A DNA stretch of 64,000 nucleotides from Phyllosticta citribraziliensis (taxonomy: Eukaryota): NCBI RefSeq assembly GCF_038025025.1, contig NW_027117345.1, positions 682,001 to 746,000 on the forward strand. The letters run 5' to 3'. Numbering within the stretch: position 1 is the stretch's first letter; every line of letters starts with the position of its first letter. Both the position numbers and the translations under genes were made by a program. Below the pieces are notes generated by a model that was not told the origin of the DNA, did not search any database, and saw nothing but the letters and a program-made list of their open reading frames with translations. Of this stretch, positions 45,197 through 57,400 are shown piece after piece.

Positions 45197-48100
45197 GAGG
45201 AGGAAGGTCTTATTCTAAAATAGAAAGAGGGATAATAGTCTCTAGTAGGATAAGATATATCTCTTATATAGCCTTTACTTTTTCTTTCTAAGTCTTTAAA
45301 TCTTCTTATTTTTAAGTAAGGTAATTAGTAATAATATTTTCCTTTCCTAGATAATAGGAGAATTATATATAGAATTCTATAAAAAACTTAGACTATTTAG
45401 CTTATTATTAATTAAGTTATTATTTAGTAGAGTAGTACTCTAATACCTAGTAGTCTATAATTATAAGGAAGGGTTTTTTAAGGCTAATAAGTATTAGTCT
45501 CTATTCTTTAAGTCTATTTTTAATAGCTAGTAGTTCTTTATCTAAGATACTATAATAAAGTTCTATATTAGCTATTACTTTAGAATAGAATACTACTAGT
45601 TTCTATTTATATAAAGGTTATTAGAGCTTTATTAAAATACTAGTAGTAACTCTATTACTTATATTAGTCTCTATATAAGTATTAAGAGTAGGATTATAAT
45701 TAGCTAAGAGTATATTACTATATATTAGCTTCTTAAGTTATTAAATTACCTCTTCTTCTAGGGGTCCTAGTAGTTACTATTTTACCTTAAAGTATAATTT
45801 CTCTAATAGCTAGCTAATTTATCTATAATTAGGGAGAAATTATTAATAGAAATTATAGAAACCTAGGAAAGATTAAAGAGCTTTAAGAGTTTTAGGTATT
45901 AGCTAGTTTTATATAGGTTCTATCTTATCTAGGTCTATTTAAATACCTTTAGTAGATATAATATATCTAAGAAACTTTATATAAGTAACTAAAAACTTAC
46001 TCTTCTTTAGATCTATTTATAGTCCTACTTTTTATAGTCTTACTAGTACTTTTTTTACTTATTCTTTATATTCTATAGGGTCTTTAGAGATAATAAGTAT
46101 ATTATCTATAAAAGCTATAATAAAATTATCTAAATACTTAAAGAGAACCTAGTTAATAAAATATTAAAAGGCTATAGGTCTATTACTTAAGCTAAAGGGT
46201 AGGATATAGTATTTAAATAAACTATATCTTATATAGAAAGTAGTTTTATCTTTAGAATCCTTAATAAGATAAATATAGTAGAAAGCTTATTAAATATCTA
46301 GTTTAGTATAAATCTTACCCTTTCTAATATACTAAAGTAACTCTATAATAAGAGGAAGAGGGTATAAATCCTTAATAGTTTATTTATTAAGCTATTAGTA
46401 GTTTATATAAAATCTCTATCCCCTATTAGGCTTTTTTACTACTAGAATAGGAGAAGTAAAGGTAGTAAAGCTTTAAGTAATAAATCCCTTCTAAATATTC
46501 TTAATAATATACTCTTTTATAGCCTTAAGCTACTCTAGAGATATTCTATAAAGAGGACTAGGAGGAAGCTCTAATAGACCCTTATATATAAGAGATATCT
46601 TATAATTAACTCCTATATAATAGGGTAGTAGCTTATTAGACTCTATTTTAGAAAATATATCTTAAAAATCCTTATAAGTAGTAGGTAGCTTAGAAGCTAG
46701 TAATTCCTTAATTTCTTTATCTTTAATAGCTTATTAAACTTATATAAGGTTAATAGTATAGATCTCTATTAGTATAACTTATATTTTATAAATAGAAAGC
46801 TTAAAAATATCTTAAGTTTAAAATTTAATTCCCTTAATAACCTATACTAAGGGAAGAAGGTACTTATTAAAGTTTTTATCTCTATAGTCTATATCTACTT
46901 AGTATTCTTTCTATAGTATATTACTTTATATAGAGACTTTTAGTAGGTATAAAAGATATTAAAAGGATTAGTTAACTAGTAGCTATCTCTAGACTAGTTT
47001 ATATTATTTATAGTCTAGAAGAATATTATACTAGTTAAAAAACTATTATCTAAGAATTATATTATTCTAGCTAATATTATAAATAAAAGTATAAGTAGAA
47101 ACTATTTAATCTTAGAAGTAGAGTTAAAGATAAAAGTAAAAATTAACTTTCTTATTTATATATTAGTTAAACCTAGTAATATTAAGCCTATTACCTATTA
47201 TTCTCTTTTTTAAAGTACCTATAGACTAGAGAGTTAGTAGTAGCTTAGGATAAATAAAACTTATACTACTAGTACTAATATTAGCTAGGGTATAAATTTC
47301 TAAGGTATAGCTATTAGATATAATTAAGGTTTATATAATAAAGGGTATACCTCTAATAAAGTAATTAAGGTTTATATAAGAACCCTTAATATATATTACT
47401 CTAAGTTTAGACCTAAGGTAGGAGACTTTACCTAGGTCTTATTATTTTCTAATAAGGACTAATCTTCTATATTTATATAAATATTCTTAGTACTCTCTTC
47501 TTCTATTAACTCTATTATCTTTATCTCTAGTTATAGGTATTATCTCTATAAATAGCTAAATTAGCTAGAGTAATTATATAGTCTAATTTCTATATAGAGT
47601 TCTACTTTACTTTTATATATTATATTATATAAGGAAGCCCTTAAGATAGATTATATATAAATATAACTAGAAGATAAAGTACTTATACTACTTAAGAAAA
47701 TTATTTTTACTCTCTCCTATTATCTCTTCTTAGCTTATTCCTTATATAAGGTAAGTATTAGTTTTCTATAGTTAGATTAGTAGTTACTAAGACTTTAAGT
47801 AATAGAATAGGCTCTTTAAAGGTACTTATAAAAATTAATATCCTTATCTTACTCTATAGTAACTATATAGGTTTAAAGGAGTAAGTCTATTATATTATAA
47901 AAATCCTCTTTCTATTATTCTTAGAGAAGATCTATATCTAAAGCTAATTATATAAAGTTAAATTAAAACTTCTAAAGGTCTATAGGAATATAGTATATAA
48001 ATAAGTATAATTACTTCTTTATATCCTTATACTTATATAGACTCTAAAGGAGGTTATCTAGGAATTTAAAGATATCCTTATCTAGAGTAACTTTATTAGC

Positions 48101-49586
48101 CTTTATATAAGAAGTAAGAAAAGGAATTAAGTATTATAAGATTTCTCTATTAATATAAAAGATAATATATCTTATAATATTCTATTTAGTCTCCTCTACT
48201 ATACCTTTAATAAAGTAATTATAGTTTTATTTAATTTTATTTTATATAAGAAGAGTCTAGTATTTATATAAGGGGTCTTCTCTATTAATAAAAAGAGAAG
48301 GATTAAGAACCTTCCTACTCTTATATTTCTTATTAGAAGAAGAAGTAGAGGTTTTAATAGTAATTTCCCTTATATAGATAATTAAAGGTCTAAAAGTCCT
48401 TATTATCCTACTAGTAAAAGGATCTTATAAGAGGGTAATAGGTCTTAAGTTCTAACTAAATAAAGAGGGCTTAATATATCCTTCCTTTAAAGCTTCCCTT
48501 AGACTATTAGTATAGTTTAAGAGTATTTATTTAAGAGCCTAGTTTTACCTTTATATATAATTTAATTACTACTATACTTAAAGCTTATTTAAGGATATAA
48601 TCTTAGATTTAAATTAATTAATATCTAAATATAGTACCTTTATAAATACCTCTATAACTAGAGCTTATATTATATAAGTTAGTTCTAGATTTTAAGTATA
48701 TTCCTTTATCTCTACTACTATAACTATATAGAAATTATAAAGAAGAATAGGAGGAGCTCTCCTTTTATTATTATTTAATAAGGGTCTAAAATTATATAAA
48801 TCTTTAGTTCCTTTATATAAGTCTTATTAGGTAGATAGACTAGTACTAATACCTTTAGTAGTATTAGATATATTAGCTTTATTCTTAACTATACTATCTT
48901 TATAGTCTTCTACTTAGAATATCCCTTAAGTAGGTTATAAATAGGATACCTTCTAGATATTTATATACTACCTTATAGCCTTAATTAAAGACTTCTATAA
49001 TTAATATATACTTAATACTCCTTAGTCCTTAGATAATACTAATATACCTAATAAAGATAACTTAGGTTTACTAGGGAAAAGTAATAAGTAGTATTATATA
49101 AGACTATAGCTATATATAATATTATTTAGGTTAAATATTATAATACCTTTATAGGTAAAGAAGTAGGATAGAGCTAAAACTTAGAATAATCTTTTATATC
49201 TATTATAACTTATAGATTTCTTATTATATAGATAAGGACTAAAGGTAAACTACTAGAGAATATATATATATCTTAATTAAATCTAATAAGTTAAAAGAAT
49301 AAAATATAAAAGATACTTATTATCTATATATTCTCTAGCCTTCTCTTTATCTATTCTACCTCTTATCCTTTATATAAGGGTCCTTAGTTATTATTAGGTA
49401 AGTTATAAAGGTAAGGTATTAATAGGCTATTATACTATATCTATCTAGGGCTATAGTGGCTAGTACTAGGCTATAGTAGCTAGTTACTACCTAAGGTAAG
49501 GCTTATACTTCTTATAACTATATAATGCTAGGTTTATCTATACTGGCCTTAGTACTCGCGTAGGCGCGTGTATACCTATTATAATA
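45197..49586 (-). mobile_element. Element B: Gypsy 5' LTR-gag-protease-RT-RNaseH, truncated before integrase
   Basis: LTR start at ~49586 (minus tattataatagg); knuckle ~47540-47580; LPFGLSNGP and FVDDVLII ~46090-46200; TDH and RNaseH motifs ~45450-45680. Related to, but distinct from, family A. Confidence 0.88.
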
Positions 49587-52500
49587 TATATAGGAATTCT
49601 CCTATAGCCTATAGTTAGAAATAATAGGGCTATATACTAGTACCTAATTACCTACTACTTATATAAGTTTATTACTACTAAAGTATAGTATAATACCTAT
49701 AATAAAGAGTTATATACTATTATAGAATACTTTAAAATATAGTAATACTATCTAGTATATATACCTACTACTATATAAGTCCTTATAGATTATAATAACC
49801 TCTACTACTTTATAGAAACTAAGTACCTAACTACTTAGCAGGCCTAGTATATAGAGTTACTTATAGAGTTTAATTTTAAGATTAGCTATAAACCTAGCTT
49901 AACTAACCTTATTAATAGCCTATCCTATTACCCTAGCTATACTAGGGGCTTTAAAGAGATAGATAAATAGCTAGTATTAGATATTCTACTATCTATACTA
50001 TAGTAAAAGCTCTAAGTAAAGAATCCTAAGGAGTTCCTAGGTACTATTAACCCCCTATATACTAGCTAGATAGATATATTATAGTACCTACTTAGAGCTA
50101 ATAACTTAGTAATACTACCCTTAATTTAAGTCCTTTCCTATAATAGGAACCCCTTTATAGTAGCCCTAATTATTAGTATTAGCTTAGTACTAAACTTAAT
50201 ACCTTACTAGGAGGTAGTAGTAGCTACTACTAGTAAAATAGCCTATATTAACCCCCTTAAGTCTCTCCTCTAGCTACTTCTAGATAGCTAGAGAGTAGAC
50301 CCTCTATATAATAAGGTCTATATAGATAGTATAATAGGGATAGATAGTACTAGAGAGAAGTACTCTATAGACCCCTAAGGTTTTATCTACTAAGATAGTA
50401 AGGTATAGGTACCTAATAGTACCCTATTATATAGTAAGATCTTCCTATAGAACTATAATAACCTAGTTAGTAGGTACTTTAGTATTAAATATACTATTAA
50501 AGTTATTAGCTATAAATACTAGTAGCTAATACTATTAGCTAATATTACTATATATATAGGAGACTATAATACCTACTAGTAAAATAAATTATAGTAGTAC
50601 TAGCTATATAGGCTCTTTAAGCTAGTTTAAAAACTAACTATACCCTAGTAATACTTTATAATAGATTTTATTATAGACCTTCTAGCCTCTTAGGACCTAT
50701 TAGGATATAAATATAATATAATTCTAGTCCTAGTAGATAGGTTTATAAAGTTTATATAGTACTTCCCTATATAAATAACTATTAGTATAGATAGGCTTAC
50801 TATACTTATCTAATATAAGGTTATTATAGCTACTAAATACCTAGTTAATATTATTTTAGACTAGAGTAGCCTCTTTATAAGTAACTACTAGAGTACCTTT
50901 TACTACTACTTAGGAGTTATCTATAAGTTAAGTATAGTATTCTATCTATAAACTAATAAGTAGATAGAGTACTAAAACTAGAAACTAGAGGTATACCTAT
51001 ATATATATATATTAACTATAAATAATCTAACTAGGCCTCTAGGCTTAGAGAGGCTACCTTTACCTATAATAATAAGATATACTCTATAATAAAATTTACT
51101 CTAATCTATCTAGTCTTTAACTAGGTACTAAATATCTCTAATAGTATACTAGATACTATACTCTAAATAGGGAAGGGAATTAATAAGGATACTATAAAGT
51201 ATCTAGTTAAAGATAAAGGGGCTACTATAGGCCCTAATATTTCTATATTATCTAATTTAGAGTAAGTCTAGTAAGTAAAGAGCTACCTCTACTAGCTAGT
51301 ATATATTTATAATAAGGCTAGAAGGTATATTAAGTATATTAGGATACTCTAGGCTAAGTATACTAATTACTACTAATTAGATAAATAGTTTAATATAGGG
51401 GATAAGGTACTTCTCTTATTAAAAAATATCTATATTAAGTAGCTAATAAAGAAGCTAGATACCTAATATCTAGGCCCCTTTCCTATTATCTAGTAGTATA
51501 GTAGGATAGTATATAAATTAGAACTCCTACTAAGTATAGTAAGAATCTACCTAATATTTTATATCTCCCTACTAGAGCCCTATTAGGGCCTAGTAGATAC
51601 TAAACTACTTCTTATTAAAATTAATAATAAGGGTAATAAGTACTAAGAAGTAGAAATAATTATAGACTATAAACTTATTCCTAAGGGGGTATAATACTAT
51701 ATTAAGTAGATAGGCTACTTAAATAAATTTAATAAATAGATATATAGGGATAGCCTAGAAAATTACTAAGAAATACTAGATATATATAAGTCTTCCTATA
51801 ATATTTTAAGAAACCTAACTAAATATAAGTAAATAGTACTTAAGAGGATAGTAAGTAGGCTAGTAATAGTAGCCTTAGTAAAGTATAGTTAAAGGTAACC
51901 CCTAGGGTTAAGAAATAGGTTAAAAGGGCTAGTAGCTATAATTAGGGACCCCTTTAGAACCCTTTAAAAAGCTAATAATAGGCTAGGGGATAGAGAAGAC
52001 TACTTAAATAGTAACTTAAATAATAATATAGAACTATTAAGCTAGGAGGAGTATAATAATAGGTTATAAGGAGCTAGGAATAGGATAATAAGTAAAAATA
52101 GAAGAGAAGTAAGTATATCTTAAGAACTATCCTATAACTAGCTACTATAACCTAATATAAAAGTAGAGCCTTCCTCTACTAACTATACCTATAAAAGAAA
52201 CTATAATTATTATAGGGGTATTAAAAAGGATTTAAAAACTCTATTAACTAAGGCTTATTAAGACCTAGATTAAGGAAAACCTAGGTAAAGATAGAAGAAA
52301 GACCCTATCCTCTAATTTAAATACTATAGTAGAGAGTATTATAGTAAGTAGAAGTAATATATATATATAATAGCTAGAGCTACTTAAACTATATATTTAC
52401 TATAATATTAGTAGGATTATTAGGGCTAAAGAAACTACCTACTCCCTATAAAGGTTAGTTAGAGGATAGTAAAGTTAAATAAAGCCTAAAGAGTAGTAAC

Positions 52501-54425
52501 TTACCTACTAATACTTCTAAGTAGTATAATAACTTATATAGTAATAATAACTATACTTTATAACTATTATTCCCTCTACCTTTATATAACTACCTAGGGT
52601 CTTAGTAAAGTTCTATATTATCTAGTCTAGGGTATTAAGGTAGTTAAACTAAGATATTAGTAGATAGATAAATAGGTTATTATTAGCTAAGATAGCTATA
52701 TTATAGATATTATTCTTTAGAAGCTTACTAGTATATAATAACTTAGTATTAAAGTATATTAGAGGAATATATATAGCTACTATACTAGTAGCTAGTAGGG
52801 GGCTAGTTAATAATAAAATAGTACCCTATATCTAAGCCTAGGTCTAATAATAAGGTAGTACTATCTAAGAAGTAATAGTATAGATTATACTCTAGATTAG
52901 GTACTTATACTCCTCTAAAGTAATATTTACTATATAGTAGAAATAGTTATTAATCTAAGGATAAAGTAAATAGGTAAACCCTAATAGTACCTAAATAGTA
53001 TATCTAATTATATTAATTAGCTACTAAGGTATAGTATATATACTTATTACTACCTCTAATAGCTATATTATAGCTAATAAATAATATAGTAATCTAAGCC
53101 TAGATAATTATAAGATCCCTATATAAGGTTAGCTATATAAAACTATTAGATAATAGGTAAAGGTAAATCTACTAAAGGTAAGCCTAAGGCTTATAGCTAC
53201 TAGAGCTAGTAGGACTACTATCTTTATTAGATAAAGTACTAGGTACCTTATACTTATAAGGTAAGGTCTATAATTTTAGAATAGGTATTAAAGGGTTACC
53301 TAGTAGTACCTAATCCTAATACTAGATATAGTAAGAATAGCCCTAATATATTAAGGGTAGCTAAGGTTAAAAGTATACTAGGAGGCTATCTATAGTAGTA
53401 TATATAAGATAAATAGGAGCTATAATCTATATAAGGGGAAGAAGTAGAAGGGTAAAGATTAAGTATAGAGAAAGATTTAAGGCTAAGGGGTATAATACCT
53501 ATTTATACTCTAATAAGTACTAACTCTATACCTATAATTAAACTACTAGACTAGTTATACCTAGGTAGGTATATAAATAACCCTAATAGATACTAGAGGT
53601 ATATAGTAAGGAGGCTATAAGGGCCCTAGCTATAGGCTATAATATAGCCTAGTAACCTTTACTATACTCTAAGAAAGAAGCCCCCTAGTATTAAAGTAAA
53701 ATAATACTATATAATAACTATAGATTAAGACCCTTACTAGCTAGCCTAGAAGATACCTAAAGGCCCTTAATATAAAGATAGCTAGCTAATAAGGTAAGCC
53801 TAAGAAATAAAGAGTAAATAGCCTATCCTTAGTAGCCTATAATAGGATAAAGAACCTTAACCCTAAAACTAGATTATAGGATATATAATATAGATACTAC
53901 TACTATAAAGTTATAAATAACCTAGTAGTTAAAAAAATAGACTTCCCCTAATAGGGAAAGGGGTCTAGCTACTACTACTTATAATAGTTAGACCTAATTA
54001 AGGGGCTAAAGGGACCCTAAGGAGTTATAATATAGATAGTAGTCTAATCCTATTATAAAAACTACTAGAGAGGTAGGAATACCCTTTAAAAGGCTAGCCT
54101 ATTATAATAGCTAGGTAGCCTTTTATAATACTATTAGTAACCCTTAAAAAAGGGTATACTAGAAGTAGGGGAACTAAAGGACTAGGGATAGTCCTTTTTA
54201 AGGGGGGGGATAATATAATACTAGCCCTTACCCTTACTAAGGAGGAACCTATATAAGGGCTATATAATAGCTACTTAGGCCCTAAGAGGGCTATAAGGCT
54301 AAGTAAGGAATATATAAAACCCCTAGCTAGGCTAAACCCTTAGAAACTAAGGTTTTATCTATTATCTAGGATACTAAATATGTTATTCTTACTTAATTTA
54401 ACCCCCTATAGTGCTAAATCTTATA
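49587..54425 (+). mobile_element. Element D: chromoviral Gypsy 3' part (RNaseH-integrase-chromodomain-AT-hook-extra ~2.3 kb-PPT-3' LTR ~54214-54425)
   Basis: De-RIPed PIAYYSRK..YDTHDKEL ~49650-49715, HDDP.GGHFG/CDTCQ ~50455-50580, MDFITDLP ~50660, SDRG ~50856, HPQTDGQTER ~50945, chromodomain WEVE..Y.IKWTGY ~51641-51790; PPT agggggggga 54201-54210. Confidence 0.9.
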
Positions 54426-57400
54426 CTTATATAGAGATATATACCTTATTACCTTCCTTAAAGTCTAGTTTATACTAGAATTAGTTTATAGCTTATACTA
54501 TTTACTCCTAGGTAAGACCTAGCTATTATTTAGCCTACTATATACTTTCTTATATATATTTAGTAAATCTTTCTATAGTAATATAAGATAGTTTCTCTAT
54601 AGGTTCTAGATATATAGTATATTTCTCCTAATTAAATAGGAAACTAGGCTAGTAGCTAAAGATTAACTTATAGGGGGATATACCTATAGATTTATATAGG
54701 AGTATAACTTATATAAAGTCTAGTACTAGAAGCCTTTCTACCTAGTTATCCTAGAAATAGTTAATATATAGTTATAGATATAGGTTAATAACCTAGTTTA
54801 TAATTTTAGTAGTACTATTTATCTAGAAGTAGTAGGCTAAGGTAAGCTTCTATTTAACTCCTATAATTATATATAGCTTATTCTAAAAATCTAAAATAAA
54901 CTAGGGTCCTTAGTTAGAAACTACTAATTTAGGTATACTATATATTCTCTAGATATACTAGTAGTATAGTTAGGTAATACCCTTAGTATTAATTACCTTA
55001 TAGTAGGGAAGGCTAAAGGTTTACTTATTTAACTAGTCTATAAATACTAAGATAGTATTATATTTAGATTTATCCTTAGGTATCTCCTTAAAGTCTATAG
55101 TAATATACTACTATACCTAGTCTAGGATTAAGAGGGGTTAGAGTAGTCCTAGTTTCTTATTATAGAAGTTTATATTCCTTTAGTATATATAGTAGGCTTT
55201 TATAATATTATTAATTTACTAGAAAATACTTAGCTAGTAGTAGTATCTTCTTACTATTTCCTAAGTTTTATTTTATCTAGTATATATAAGTAGGGATAAT
55301 AAGTAAATTTTATTTACTAGCTCTATATATAGTATATCTTACTTAGGAACTATAAGTTACTCCTTAAAGAAGAGGTAGTTATTATAGAAGGTTTAATCCT
55401 TCTTATTAGGTTTATAGGCTTATATATACTATCCTTCTAATAAGGTAGACTTTTTATTTACTTTTAATACTCTATCTAGGATTAGAAATAAGCTACTAAA
55501 AATAATATTAAGGGTATTTAGATTAAGGATCTAGTCTTTAGCTACTAGTTATATTATATACCTAGTAATACTCTTATTCTTCTAGGTTTATAGCTCTTCT
55601 TATTTTTAAGTAAGGGTATTAGTAATAATATTATCTTTACCTAGTCTATATATAAATTATATATAGTATTTAGTAAGTTTTTCTAACTATTAGGCTTATT
55701 AAGTATTAAGTTAGTATTTAGTAGAGAAGTATTTAAGTACCTAGTAATTAATAATAGCTATAAATAGCTAATATAGGCCTAGGAGTATACTTCTCTATTC
55801 TTTAAATCTATATATAATAGTAAGGAACTCTTTATTATAAATTTTATACTAGAGTTCTATATCTAATATTAACTTAGAGTAGAAAGCTATAGGCCTCTAT
55901 TCTCTAGTTTCTTAATACTATAATAAGACTCTAGCTACTACCCTATTACTTATATCTATTTCTATATATATAAGTAGCTTAGAATTATAGTATACTATTA
56001 TTAAGAAGCTAGTTATTATCTTCTTTAGTTATTAGAATATCTAGACCTTAAAATTATTAAGGGTATAGAATTTTTATTTAGAGTAGAGTTTCTCTAGAGG
56101 TCTAATTATTCTATTATATTTAGGGATAAAGTTTTAATAGAAATTATAAAACCCTAGAAAGGCTTAAAGTCCTTTAAGGATTATTAGTAAGTTCTATTTA
56201 TATATAATAGATATCTTATTTAGATCTATAGAAATTCTATTAATAGAGATAATATATCCTAAAAACTTTATATAGATAATAGAGAATTTAGATTTCTTAA
56301 TATCTACCTATAAGTTAGTATATTATAGTTATTTAAGTACCTTCTTAATCTACTACTTATACTCCTAAGGGTTCTCTAAGATAATAAATAGGTTATCTAT
56401 AAAAGTAATAATAAAATTATCTAGGTATAGTATAAGTTCTTTATTAATAAAGTACTAAAATAAGGTAGGACTATTATAGAGTCTAAAGAGGAGTATAGTA
56501 TACTTAAAATATCTATATTATATATAAAAGGTTATTAGGTTCTAGGATTCTAGGTTTATAAGAATTTAATAAAAGGCTTACTAAATATCTAGCTTAATAT
56601 ATACTTTACCCTTAATAATTCTTTAGAGAATTTCTTAGATAAGAGGTAAAGGGTATAGGTCTTTCTTAATATAGGTATTTAGATATTAGTAATCTATATA
56701 GAATCTTTAATTACTACTACCCTTCTAGACTATAAGAATTAGTAATATATATAGTATAGTACTTTTAACTATAAAGCCTTTTTTAAGGTTTTTAAGGATA
56801 TACTTCTTTATAACTTATAATTATTCTATTATTATTCTATATAAGGGGCTTAGAGGGAGAGAAAAGGGTTTATTTCTATTAATAGTAATCTTATAATTAA
56901 TACCTAGCTAGTATAGGGGTAGGGTATTAGACTATTATTTAAAAAAGATATCTTAGTATTCCTTATACTATAGTAGGAGGTATTTATTAAAGAGTTATAT
57001 AGTTTCTTTATCTTTTTTAAGTAAAGTAAGTTCTTAAATTCTTATATTAACTTTTTAAAGAGTAATAACTTAGACTTCTAAGGTTTTATCTTATATAAAA
57101 AGAGAGTTTAAAGGAATAAATAAGGAGTTAATTCTAAGGTTATCTACTTTCTCTTTTATATCTTTTTAGGCTTTTTCTCTTCTTTCTAGGTCTTTTTAGT
57201 ATATTTCTAAGATTTTTCCTTATTAGTATACTACTAAGTAAACTAAGGGAAGTATTTTTTTATATATAAATAAAGCTTTATTATCTTAGCTAAGAAGCTT
57301 ATATTTTTTATAATCTAGTAAAAGGTTATTCTAAGAAAAGAAATATTTTCTAAGTATAAGATTATTATAATTAATTATTATAATAAAGGCCTATATTTTA

